Virus record (IMG/VR): IMGVR_UViG_3300009103_000001
Coordinates: 146,158-210,157 of that record
Strand: one strand, 5' to 3'
Length of the DNA stretch: 64,000 bases
How positions within the stretch are numbered: the first letter of the stretch is position 1; each line of letters begins with the position of its first letter. The position numbers and the translations under genes were made by a program. The notes below the pieces were generated by a model that saw only the letters and a program-made list of their open reading frames with translations, had not been told where the DNA came from and did no database searches. Positions 17,817 to 26,821 of this stretch are shown in pieces.

Positions 17817-20614
17817 TGGGGACGACAAGTGGATATATAACTAGAAATCAAGACTTAATCATTAATATGGATGCAGCTAACTCTCGTTCATATACTAGTG
17901 GTAGTACAACTTGTGAATGTTTGGTATCTACAGTATCGGGTACTTTTGAGAACGGAACTAGTTTTTCACCAGAATTTGGTGGGGGATGGACATTTGATGG
18001 GACAAATGATTATTTAAATTTAGGAAACAGACCAAATATAAATCCAGAATTAGATAGTTTTACGTGTAATATTTTTTTTAAGATAGACCCATCTTCTACA
18101 AGTAGTAATATTATTGCTAGTAAGGGTAATAATATAACCTCAGATATTGGTTGGATGATATATTATTCTAGTACTAATGAGGTTTTAACTGTTAGGTGTA
18201 ATGGAAACAATACTACATCTCAAAGAGCAGCACAATATATTCCAATAAATAAGGGTCAAAACTATATGGTTACAATGGTAATTAATAGAACCGATAACAC
18301 GATTAAAGGTTATTTAAATGGTAGTAATGTTGGTTGGGTAAATGGTAATTATAGTCAATCATTTACAGGAAATTCAATATCTGGTTTTGGTTCAATAACA
18401 AATAGTGATGACTTTTTAATAGGTGAAAGACCAAATCTAAATTTACCAATGTTTGGAACTATATATTTTTTTCAAACATATAATTTTGCACTATCTGAAG
18501 CACAGGTGTATAGAAATTTTAGTTTTTTTGGTGGTAGGTATGATTTATCAGTTCCACCTCCACCTCCAACATTTTTTGATGATTATTCATTTAAATTTGA
18601 TGGTGTGGATGAGTGGATAAGTTTAGGCGTAATAGATGATTTAAATGGCGGTATAAGTGATTTTAGTACCTCAACTTGGTTTAAATACGATGGTACTTTA
18701 GGTACATTAAGTCATATGATTTTAAGTGGTGGTATAGGTGTTACTGATAGATTTTATATTCAATTAATAGCAAACAATACTTTAAGGTATGCTATGGGTG
18801 GTGGTTTTGATGATGTCACAATTACCACATTAAGTACTGGAACTTGGTATAATTTAATAACTGTACAAAACGGAGCAGATGTAGATATTTATTTAAATGG
18901 AAGTTTACAAGGTAGTTTTACCGACCAAATACCTACAAGCAACATTGGTACTATAGTAAAGATTGGAAACTATATAAGTGGCAGTTATTATTGGGATGGT
19001 AACATAGATGAGGTGGCAATTTGGAATAGTGTTTTAACAACCGACAATATTAACGATATCTACAATAGTGGTACACCCACTGATTTAACAAGTTTAAATC
19101 CAGTTGCTTGGTATAGAATGGGAGATAATGCCGTTTACAAATCACCACAATGGTTATTACCATCAAATGAAAATAAGGATAAATTCAGTAATTATTCGAT
19201 GAGTTTTGATGGTACTAATGATTATATTGATTGCGGTGTTCCAACTTATTTAGATGGTAGTGAAACGGTAAGTGTTTCAATGTGGGTTAAATTTACAGAT
19301 GTAACTACCGCTAGTTATACTACACTATTAACTTTAGGTTCTTCTTCACCAAGAGATTTATTTATGAGAATTAGACCATATGGAACCTCAAGAAGGATTG
19401 AGTTTGGTGTGTCTAATAATTTCGCAAGAGCAACAAGTACGGAATTTTCTGATTTTTCTTCAGGAGTTTGGTACCACGTAATGGGGTTTTTTAATAGAAA
19501 TCTTAATGATGGTACTGATTGTGAAATATGGTTAAATGGTTCAAAAATATTTGATATTGATGTTAATACATCTTTACCCGCAACCATTACAGATAATATG
19601 TATTTAGCTGCATTAGGAGAATGGGCACCACTTGAGGGTAGCTTGTGTGAAGTCGCTGTATGGAATACTGATGAAAGGGCTAACGCGTCAACAATATATA
19701 ATGGAGGTGTTCCTTCAGACCTTTCAAGTCTTAATCCAAATTCATATTATAGATTGGGTGAAAACGCAACATTCAAAGACCCACAATGGCTATTACCAAA
19801 TAACGAAAATAAAGATAAGGCATCAAATTATTCAATGAGTTTTGATGGCGCTGATGATTATATAACGGTTCCTAATTTCACAACAAGTGGTGATGATGTA
19901 ACTATTTCTTTTTGGTTTAAATCTGTAAATTTATCTGGTAGTGACCCACATACTACATCTGCATTTGTTTGGGGTGATAGTAATAACTTTGTGTATTATA
20001 ATGTCAATGAAGTAATTTATGCAAAAATAAATGGAAGTACCTCAATAATAGTTGCGAATTCTGGTGGTGTACCTCAATTGTTTGGGTTAGGTAATTGGCA
20101 TCATTTAGCTGTTGTTAAAAACAGTTCTACTGTTACTTGGTGGATAGATGGAATTTCTTACTCAGACTTAGGTTCTGGTGGTTCTGGTGGGTTTACAATG
20201 AATACAATAGGTTCAGCAACTGCGGGAGCATATTACTTCTTAAATGGAAGTATGGATGATGTTGCAATTTTTGATACTGCTTTAAGTAGTGGTGATATAG
20301 CAACAGTTTATAATAATGGAACACCATCTGACTTATCTTCCTTAAATCCATTATGTTATTGGAAACTTGGAGATGACGCAACATTTAACACAAACTGGAG
20401 TATCACTGACCTAGGAAATGGTGGGTATTCTGGTGGTACAAGTAGTAATATGGATATAAATGATAGAGTAGGTGAAGCGCCAAGTAGTTCAGGAAATACA
20501 GTTAGTATCAACATGGATATAAACGATAGAGATGGAAATGCACCAAATAGTGAAAATAACGCATTAAGTTATAATATGGTATTAAGTGGAAGAACAACTG
20601 ATGTACCAACATAA
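17816..20614 (+). CDS. Multi-LamG adhesin/fibre protein (4 modules)
   Basis: Four FDG.(N/D)D-initiated modules with IDEVAIW-type ends. Confidence 0.85.
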   Translation: MGTTSGYITRNQDLIINMDAANSRSYTSGSTTCECLVSTVSGTFENGTSFSPEFGGGWTFDGTNDYLNLGNRPNINPELDSFTCNIFFKIDPSSTSSNIIASKGNNITSDIGWMIYYSSTNEVLTVRCNGNNTTSQRAAQYIPINKGQNYMVTMVINRTDNTIKGYLNGSNVGWVNGNYSQSFTGNSISGFGSITNSDDFLIGERPNLNLPMFGTIYFFQTYNFALSEAQVYRNFSFFGGRYDLSVPPPPPTFFDDYSFKFDGVDEWISLGVIDDLNGGISDFSTSTWFKYDGTLGTLSHMILSGGIGVTDRFYIQLIANNTLRYAMGGGFDDVTITTLSTGTWYNLITVQNGADVDIYLNGSLQGSFTDQIPTSNIGTIVKIGNYISGSYYWDGNIDEVAIWNSVLTTDNINDIYNSGTPTDLTSLNPVAWYRMGDNAVYKSPQWLLPSNENKDKFSNYSMSFDGTNDYIDCGVPTYLDGSETVSVSMWVKFTDVTTASYTTLLTLGSSSPRDLFMRIRPYGTSRRIEFGVSNNFARATSTEFSDFSSGVWYHVMGFFNRNLNDGTDCEIWLNGSKIFDIDVNTSLPATITDNMYLAALGEWAPLEGSLCEVAVWNTDERANASTIYNGGVPSDLSSLNPNSYYRLGENATFKDPQWLLPNNENKDKASNYSMSFDGADDYITVPNFTTSGDDVTISFWFKSVNLSGSDPHTTSAFVWGDSNNFVYYNVNEVIYAKINGSTSIIVANSGGVPQLFGLGNWHHLAVVKNSSTVTWWIDGISYSDLGSGGSGGFTMNTIGSATAGAYYFLNGSMDDVAIFDTALSSGDIATVYNNGTPSDLSSLNPLCYWKLGDDATFNTNWSITDLGNGGYSGGTSSNMDINDRVGEAPSSSGNTVSINMDINDRDGNAPNSENNALSYNMVLSGRTTDVPT

Positions 20615-20626
20615 TATTTAAATGAT

Positions 20627-23600
20627 ATGATAATAACACATAACGGAATAATTGTAATGAATAATGGGACTATCCTAAGTAAGGTGTCAGGTGATGGACC
20701 AGGTCCAGGCCCATTCACACCGTTTTCTAACGATTATTCATTTGAATTTGATGGTACGGATGACTACGTTTCGATTTATAACGGTGCGTCAGGAAGTGGC
20801 CCAATACAGTTTACTGCTTCAGATGATTTTTCTATTTCTGCATGGATAAAAACATCAAGTCTATCATTAACTAATTATATCTTATCATTTAGGGGTACAG
20901 CTTTAATATGGTTAAATACTTTTGCATCAAGTGGAAATATAAGGGCAAGATTATATTTGAGGGATAATAGCTCAAATGTTGTAACTATATCAACCTTTAA
21001 TAATTCAACTGGTTGGATTGCTGCAGATACTTGGACTAATGTAATAGTCACAAGAAATGGGACAACAAAAGAATTAAATATTTATTTAAATGGACAATCA
21101 GCACAACTAACAACATCAGACACCACAACTGATGATTTTACTTTATACGATAAAATAAGTATAGGAAATGATAATTATACAACTGGTCGCTATTGGTTTG
21201 ATGGTAAAATAGATGAGGTTTCTATTTTTAATACTGAATTATCGTCTGGTAATATCTCAACAATCTATAATAATGGTACACCCTCTGATTTAACAAGTTT
21301 AAACCCAGTTGTTTGGTATAGAATGGGAGATAATGCCGTTTACAAATCACCACAATGGTTACTACCAAATAATGAAAATAAGGATAAGATATCAAATTAT
21401 TCAATGTCGTTTGATGGTACTAATGATTATGTAGAGACATCTAACACTTTTTCATTGTTAGATGGTCAGACAACCGCTACCTTTTCAATGTGGATTAAAC
21501 CAGATGCCATTGGAGCTTATCAGTATTTGTTTTCAGTAGTTAGGAGTGCAACGAGTACAGAATTTCAAGTTTCATGTTATTTGGATAATGTAGGTAGGAT
21601 TAGAGTGTTTGGAGATAGTACAGCAAGATATGTTTATTCAAATACAGGGGTAGTGAGTGCAGGGGTTTGGACTCATCTTTGCGTTACTTTTGATTTATCA
21701 CAATCACTTGCAGACAGGGTAGCAATCTACGTTGATGGGGTTGATGAAGTAGCGGTGGGATTTGCCCAGATGCACCAAACTCAATTCGCAACCTCAACAA
21801 GTGGGTTAGCAATAGGAAGAAATCAAAATGGGCATTTACCAAATTTTGCAGGATTGATAGACGATGTATCTGTTTGGGATTCTGACCAATCCGCTAATGT
21901 TTCTACAATTTATAATGGAGGTGTTCCTTCGGACCTTTCAAGTCTTAACCCTATTAATTATTGGAGAATGAGTGAAAACGCAACATTCAAAGACCCGCAA
22001 TGGTTATTGCCAAATAACGAAAATAAAGATAAATTCAGTAATTATTCAATGAGTTTTGATGGGACGGATGATTATATAAGTTTAAATTCATTAAATTCAA
22101 CTTTACAACCTTTATCAGTTGGTACTATATCAATGTGGTGGAAACCAACTAACTCAACCCCATCACCTGGTGAGTGTTTATTTAGTGTGGCAAGTACAAC
22201 AGTTACAAATGATTATTTCGCCATGTATAATACCTCAAGTGGTAAATTTTATGCCCAATTAAAAGATAACAATACAAATTATTGGGTATTAGAAACTGAT
22301 ACTGCTGTATTTTTAAATGATGCTTGGGCACACGTTGTAATAAGACATAATGGTACTGAACCAGAATTATATGTTAATGGAAGTAAACCATCACAAACTT
22401 TTACAATATCCATAAATAAAACTAAGTGGTGGGATGATATTACAATAGAACTAATAAATATAGGTTCTTTAATTTGGTCTGGTGGTCATTCAGGCAAAGC
22501 AACTGGTAATATAGATGAAGTTTCTGTTTTTGATTCTGCGTTATCGTCTGGTGATATTTCTGCAATTTACAATAATGGTACACCCACTGATTTAACAAGT
22601 TTAAATCCCATAGCTTATTATAAAATGGGAGATGACGCAACCTTCTCTACAAACTGGACCATACCTGACCAAACTGGAAGTAATGATGGCACAAGTGCTA
22701 ACATGGATATTAATGATAGGGCTGGAGATGCTCCAAGCAGCTCAGGAAACACAGTTAGTTATAACATGGACATTAATGATAGGGTAGGAGAAGCACCAGG
22801 TAGTGAAAACAACGCATTAAGTTATAATATGGTATTAAGTGGAAGAACCATAGATGTACCAAAAGAACCATTTTCAAAAAATTCAATGAGTTTTGATGGT
22901 ACGGATGATTATATAGACTTATCACAACAAAATTTAGGAACAACAAACACTATTAGTTTATGGTTAAAAAACCCATCAGTTAAAGGTGTAGTACAAGAAA
23001 CTTTATTAGGTAACCCACTAAACACATTTAATCAATTTTTAAATGTTGATTGGAATACCGGTAAAATGTTTTATAAAGACAATTCTAATAATAGAGTTGA
23101 ATGGAATACTTTATCCAATATTAATAACACTAATTGGAATAATATTATAATTACAAGAGTCGGTGCAACAGTAACTTTATATTTTAATGGGGTAAGTCAA
23201 GGAACTGGTACATCTTTTGGTACGTTAGGAGATAGTGAATTTAGATATTTAGGTATTAATTTTAATAGTAATACACAAGCGTTTGAGGGTAATATTGATG
23301 AAATGGCCGTTTGGGATACCGACCAAACATCAAATATCTCAACAATATATAATAATGGTGAACCTACTGACTTAACAAGTTTATCTCCACATTTGTGGTT
23401 TAGGTTGGGTGAAAACGCAACATTTAAAGACCCACAATGGTTAATTCCAAATAACGAAAATAAAGATAAATTCAGTAATTATTCGATGAGTTTTGATGGT
23501 ACAAATGATTATATTGATTGTGGTGATAGTAATGATTTTAGTTTTGGTAATGGGACAACTGACAGTCCTTTTAGTGTTTCATTTTGGTTAAACGCTAGTA

Positions 23601-24277
23601 CTTTCGCAACTAATCTTGGGATTATATCAAAAGATTATGATGGTTCTAATAGAGAGTGGACTATTGGTCAATTTTCATCATCTAATAAAATAAGATTTTT
23701 ATTAAAAAATAATGGTGGTGGTAATCAACAAAGTATTGACAGTACAAATACATTATCAACAGGACAGTGGTATCACATAGTTTGTACATATGATGGGAGT
23801 GGCGGTAATAATGCAGCTGATGGATTAACAATTTATATTGATGGAACCGCTGAAACACCAACAAACATTACCAAACAAACTTATACTGCTATGGCTAACA
23901 CCATTGCCCCGTTAACATTTGGGGCATACCAAACAGGTGCGAGTCAATTAGGTATAAGCGGTAAAATTGATGACGTTTCAATATTTTCAGTAGAACTATC
24001 AAGTTCAGAAGTATCCACCATTTGGAATAATGGTATACCTAAAGATGAAAGTGGTACACCTAATTTGGTTGGTTACTGGAGAATGGGAGAAGAATCCATT
24101 GTGGGATATATTGGTGGTGTTCCAGCATACTGGACCATACCTGACCAAGTAGGTGGTAATGACGGAATAAGTACCAATATGACTATTGATGACAGAGTTG
24201 GAGACGCTCCAGATAGTTCAGGAAATACAGTTAGTTTTAACATGGATATTAATGATAAAACTACTGACGTACCATAA
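20627..24277 (+). CDS. Multi-LamG adhesin/fibre protein (5 modules)
   Basis: Five FDGT.DY-initiated modules; one internal and one terminal cap block. Confidence 0.85.
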   Translation: MIITHNGIIVMNNGTILSKVSGDGPGPGPFTPFSNDYSFEFDGTDDYVSIYNGASGSGPIQFTASDDFSISAWIKTSSLSLTNYILSFRGTALIWLNTFASSGNIRARLYLRDNSSNVVTISTFNNSTGWIAADTWTNVIVTRNGTTKELNIYLNGQSAQLTTSDTTTDDFTLYDKISIGNDNYTTGRYWFDGKIDEVSIFNTELSSGNISTIYNNGTPSDLTSLNPVVWYRMGDNAVYKSPQWLLPNNENKDKISNYSMSFDGTNDYVETSNTFSLLDGQTTATFSMWIKPDAIGAYQYLFSVVRSATSTEFQVSCYLDNVGRIRVFGDSTARYVYSNTGVVSAGVWTHLCVTFDLSQSLADRVAIYVDGVDEVAVGFAQMHQTQFATSTSGLAIGRNQNGHLPNFAGLIDDVSVWDSDQSANVSTIYNGGVPSDLSSLNPINYWRMSENATFKDPQWLLPNNENKDKFSNYSMSFDGTDDYISLNSLNSTLQPLSVGTISMWWKPTNSTPSPGECLFSVASTTVTNDYFAMYNTSSGKFYAQLKDNNTNYWVLETDTAVFLNDAWAHVVIRHNGTEPELYVNGSKPSQTFTISINKTKWWDDITIELINIGSLIWSGGHSGKATGNIDEVSVFDSALSSGDISAIYNNGTPTDLTSLNPIAYYKMGDDATFSTNWTIPDQTGSNDGTSANMDINDRAGDAPSSSGNTVSYNMDINDRVGEAPGSENNALSYNMVLSGRTIDVPKEPFSKNSMSFDGTDDYIDLSQQNLGTTNTISLWLKNPSVKGVVQETLLGNPLNTFNQFLNVDWNTGKMFYKDNSNNRVEWNTLSNINNTNWNNIIITRVGATVTLYFNGVSQGTGTSFGTLGDSEFRYLGINFNSNTQAFEGNIDEMAVWDTDQTSNISTIYNNGEPTDLTSLSPHLWFRLGENATFKDPQWLIPNNENKDKFSNYSMSFDGTNDYIDCGDSNDFSFGNGTTDSPFSVSFWLNASTFATNLGIISKDYDGSNREWTIGQFSSSNKIRFLLKNNGGGNQQSIDSTNTLSTGQWYHIVCTYDGSGGNNAADGLTIYIDGTAETPTNITKQTYTAMANTIAPLTFGAYQTGASQLGISGKIDDVSIFSVELSSSEVSTIWNNGIPKDESGTPNLVGYWRMGEESIVGYIGGVPAYWTIPDQVGGNDGISTNMTIDDRVGDAPDSSGNTVSFNMDINDKTTDVP

Positions 24278-24326
24278 AAATAAAATAATATATTTATAAT
24301 AATAACAATAAAAAAAACAATAAATT

Positions 24327-24590
24327 ATGTCACATAAATATGAACACAGAAATTTTATGATTTTCAATGTAAGTGAATTGGGTTCTGTTAACTTTTCAGA
24401 AGTTTTGGAATCTTCAATTAATACAGTTAGAAAATCCATAGATGGAACACAAACATTCGTTAAATGGGATGATGAAACAATACCACCTTCGGTTGATGCT
24501 TTAACAACAAAAGATGGTCCACATCTTTACGAAGATATGTTAGCAATATTATCAACTTCTGGTTGGACAAATACAGAAATAGTTGAGTAG
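24327..24590 (+). CDS. Small LamG-cluster-associated protein (possible fibre chaperone)
   Basis: 87-aa ORF with its own ATATTTAT motif; VRKSIDGTQTFVKW motif. Function inferred from context only. Confidence 0.6.
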   Translation: MSHKYEHRNFMIFNVSELGSVNFSEVLESSINTVRKSIDGTQTFVKWDDETIPPSVDALTTKDGPHLYEDMLAILSTSGWTNTEIVE

Positions 24591-24592
24591 TT

Positions 24593-26740
24593 ATGAGTGG
24601 AGTAGTCGGACCAAGATTATCGACCATACCACCAACATTTTTTGATGATTATTCATTTAAATTTGATGGGTCAGATGATAATATACCTATTGGTACAGCA
24701 TCACTTGGTATAACATCATCAATATCTGTTTCTGCTTGGGTTAAAATACCCACCACAAACACAGGTGGACCAGCACCAAATATTCAAGAAATAATATGTG
24801 AGGATACAACAGGTGGAACACAAAGAAATTGGGGTTTATTTTGGAGACATATAAGTGTAGCAAACAAGTATTTTCAATTTAGCGTTTTTCACACCGATGG
24901 TACGGCTACAGGAATTCAATCGACAGGAATAGTCCCTAATGATGGTAATTGGCATCACGTTATGGGAACTTTTGATGGAACAACAAATGCAAATGGATTA
25001 AAATTATATGTCGATGGTACTTTATTTCAAACTACTGCTGGAAGTACAGGAATAAGAAGTACATCAACTGTAGAACCTTCAATTGGTAGTTTAACTAATG
25101 CAGGAAATTGGTTTTTTGAAGGTAACATTGATGAGGTATCGGTTTGGGATAGCGTACAAGATATTAGTAATGTTTGGGATGGTAATGGTAAACCGATAGA
25201 TATAACTTCCACAAATCCAATGGTTTGGTACAGAATGGGAGACAATGCAACATATAGGGACCCTCAATGGTTACTTCCAAATAACGAAAATAAAGATAAG
25301 GCATCAAATTATTCAATGTCGTTTGATGGCACTAATGATTATATTGATTGTGGTAATATCCCAGAAATAAAAAATAATACTGAAATGACACTTTCATTTT
25401 GGGCAAAAATTGAAGATATGGCTTTCAGGATTTTATTTGGTCAAAATTTAGTGGCGGGTAATGATATTTTTCAATTATATCTATGGGGAGCAACACCTGT
25501 TTTGTATATGTGGATAAAAAATGGTGGTACGGGAACGGTTAGTTATGTAGACAACGCAACATTAACTTCTTTAGTTAGTGTTGGGGTTTGGAATCATTTT
25601 ACATTAGTGTTTAATGGTTCTTTAACTAATGACGATAGATGTAAATTATTTATTAATGGTGGTGGTGATGCAATTACAAATAGAGGTACAATGCCAACAG
25701 CATTTACTAATAGTGATGAACCATTTTTAATAGGTAGAGGAACAAATGGTTATTTTCAAGGAAATATAGACAATGTTGCAGTTTGGGATTCTGACCAATC
25801 CGCTAATGTTTCTACAATATATAATGGTGGCATTCCTTCAGACCTTTCAAGTCTTAATCCTATTAATTATTATAAAATGGGAGAAAACGCAACATATAGG
25901 GGTCAATGGTTATTACTTTCAAATGAGAATAAAGATAAATTTAGTAATTATTCAATGAGTTTTGATGGGACGGATGATTATATTACAATGGGTAACCCTT
26001 CAGAACTACAAATTACAGGAAATCTTACTTTATCTGCGTGGATAAAACATCCTAACCCAATTACAAATAATAATTTTATTTGTGGTAGGGATAACGGCTC
26101 TGCTAGTCGTAACTATTCTATTTGGAGTAGAAGTGGGACAGGAGTAGCGTTTGCTATATTTAAAAGTGGTGTATTTACATACATAGCAGATAGTGTCACA
26201 ACAGTAGATGATGGTGAATGGCATCATGTGATGGGGGTTAATGATGGCACTGACTTGAAACTATACATCGATGGGGCGTTAAAAGGGACTAATTCTGGAG
26301 GTGGAGGAACCATCGACAATGATGTTGTAGATTTTACGGTTGGGTCTTACGTGGTTTATAGTGGAGATGAGTTTGAGGGTCAGATTGATGGTGTGGCTGT
26401 TTTTAATAGTGATAAGAGTGGTAATATAAGTACAATCTACAATGGTGGTATTCCTACAGACCTATCGGGAGAATCTGGGTTGGTTGGCTATTGGAGAATG
26501 GGAGAAGATGCAACTTTCTCCACAAACTGGACAATACCAGACCAAGTAGGAGGTAATGATGGCACAAGTGTTAACATGGATATTAATGACAGAGTTGACG
26601 ACGCACCAAGTAGTTCAGGAAATACAGTTAGTTATAATATGGATATTAATGACCGAGTTGGGGATGCCCCAAATAGTCAAAATAATATATTAAGTGCAAA
26701 CATACCATTAAGCGGAAGAACAACTGATGTTCCCACGTAA
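24593..26740 (+). CDS. Multi-LamG adhesin/fibre protein (3 modules)
   Basis: Three LamG modules with the same linkers and terminal cap as the two paralogs. Confidence 0.85.
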   Translation: MSGVVGPRLSTIPPTFFDDYSFKFDGSDDNIPIGTASLGITSSISVSAWVKIPTTNTGGPAPNIQEIICEDTTGGTQRNWGLFWRHISVANKYFQFSVFHTDGTATGIQSTGIVPNDGNWHHVMGTFDGTTNANGLKLYVDGTLFQTTAGSTGIRSTSTVEPSIGSLTNAGNWFFEGNIDEVSVWDSVQDISNVWDGNGKPIDITSTNPMVWYRMGDNATYRDPQWLLPNNENKDKASNYSMSFDGTNDYIDCGNIPEIKNNTEMTLSFWAKIEDMAFRILFGQNLVAGNDIFQLYLWGATPVLYMWIKNGGTGTVSYVDNATLTSLVSVGVWNHFTLVFNGSLTNDDRCKLFINGGGDAITNRGTMPTAFTNSDEPFLIGRGTNGYFQGNIDNVAVWDSDQSANVSTIYNGGIPSDLSSLNPINYYKMGENATYRGQWLLLSNENKDKFSNYSMSFDGTDDYITMGNPSELQITGNLTLSAWIKHPNPITNNNFICGRDNGSASRNYSIWSRSGTGVAFAIFKSGVFTYIADSVTTVDDGEWHHVMGVNDGTDLKLYIDGALKGTNSGGGGTIDNDVVDFTVGSYVVYSGDEFEGQIDGVAVFNSDKSGNISTIYNGGIPTDLSGESGLVGYWRMGEDATFSTNWTIPDQVGGNDGTSVNMDINDRVDDAPSSSGNTVSYNMDINDRVGDAPNSQNNILSANIPLSGRTTDVPT

Positions 26741-26821
26741 TTTTTATTCATTTTAATTAATTCTACATATTTATTAATATAATAACATTTTAATCTACTG
26801 GATAGGGAAAGTAATTAAATA

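Larger units (their letters stand above)
19081..25980 (+). repeat. Seven copies of a conserved inter-LamG linker, Y(R/K)(M/L)G(D/E)NA...QWL(L/I)(P/L).NENKDK.SNYSMSFDG
   Basis: QW codons at about 19148, 19784, 21353, 21998, 23435, 25265 and 25904. Copies are visibly near-identical at DNA level, e.g. GTTTGGGATTCTGACCAATCCGCTAATGTTTCTACAAT at about 21872 and 25781. Confidence 0.9.
20450..26740 (+). repeat. Four copies of a terminal cap block NM(D/T)I(N/D)DR.G.AP.S..N..S.NM...T.DVP
   Basis: At about 20450-20614, 22700-22865 (internal), 24175-24277 and 26575-26740. Confidence 0.85.

Noticed and set aside
17124-26740. LamG repeats as a diversity-generating retroelement or CRISPR array
   Set aside because: No reverse transcriptase or cas gene in the window, no adenine-specific template/variable pair, and the repeats are in-frame coding linkers spaced hundreds of nt apart.
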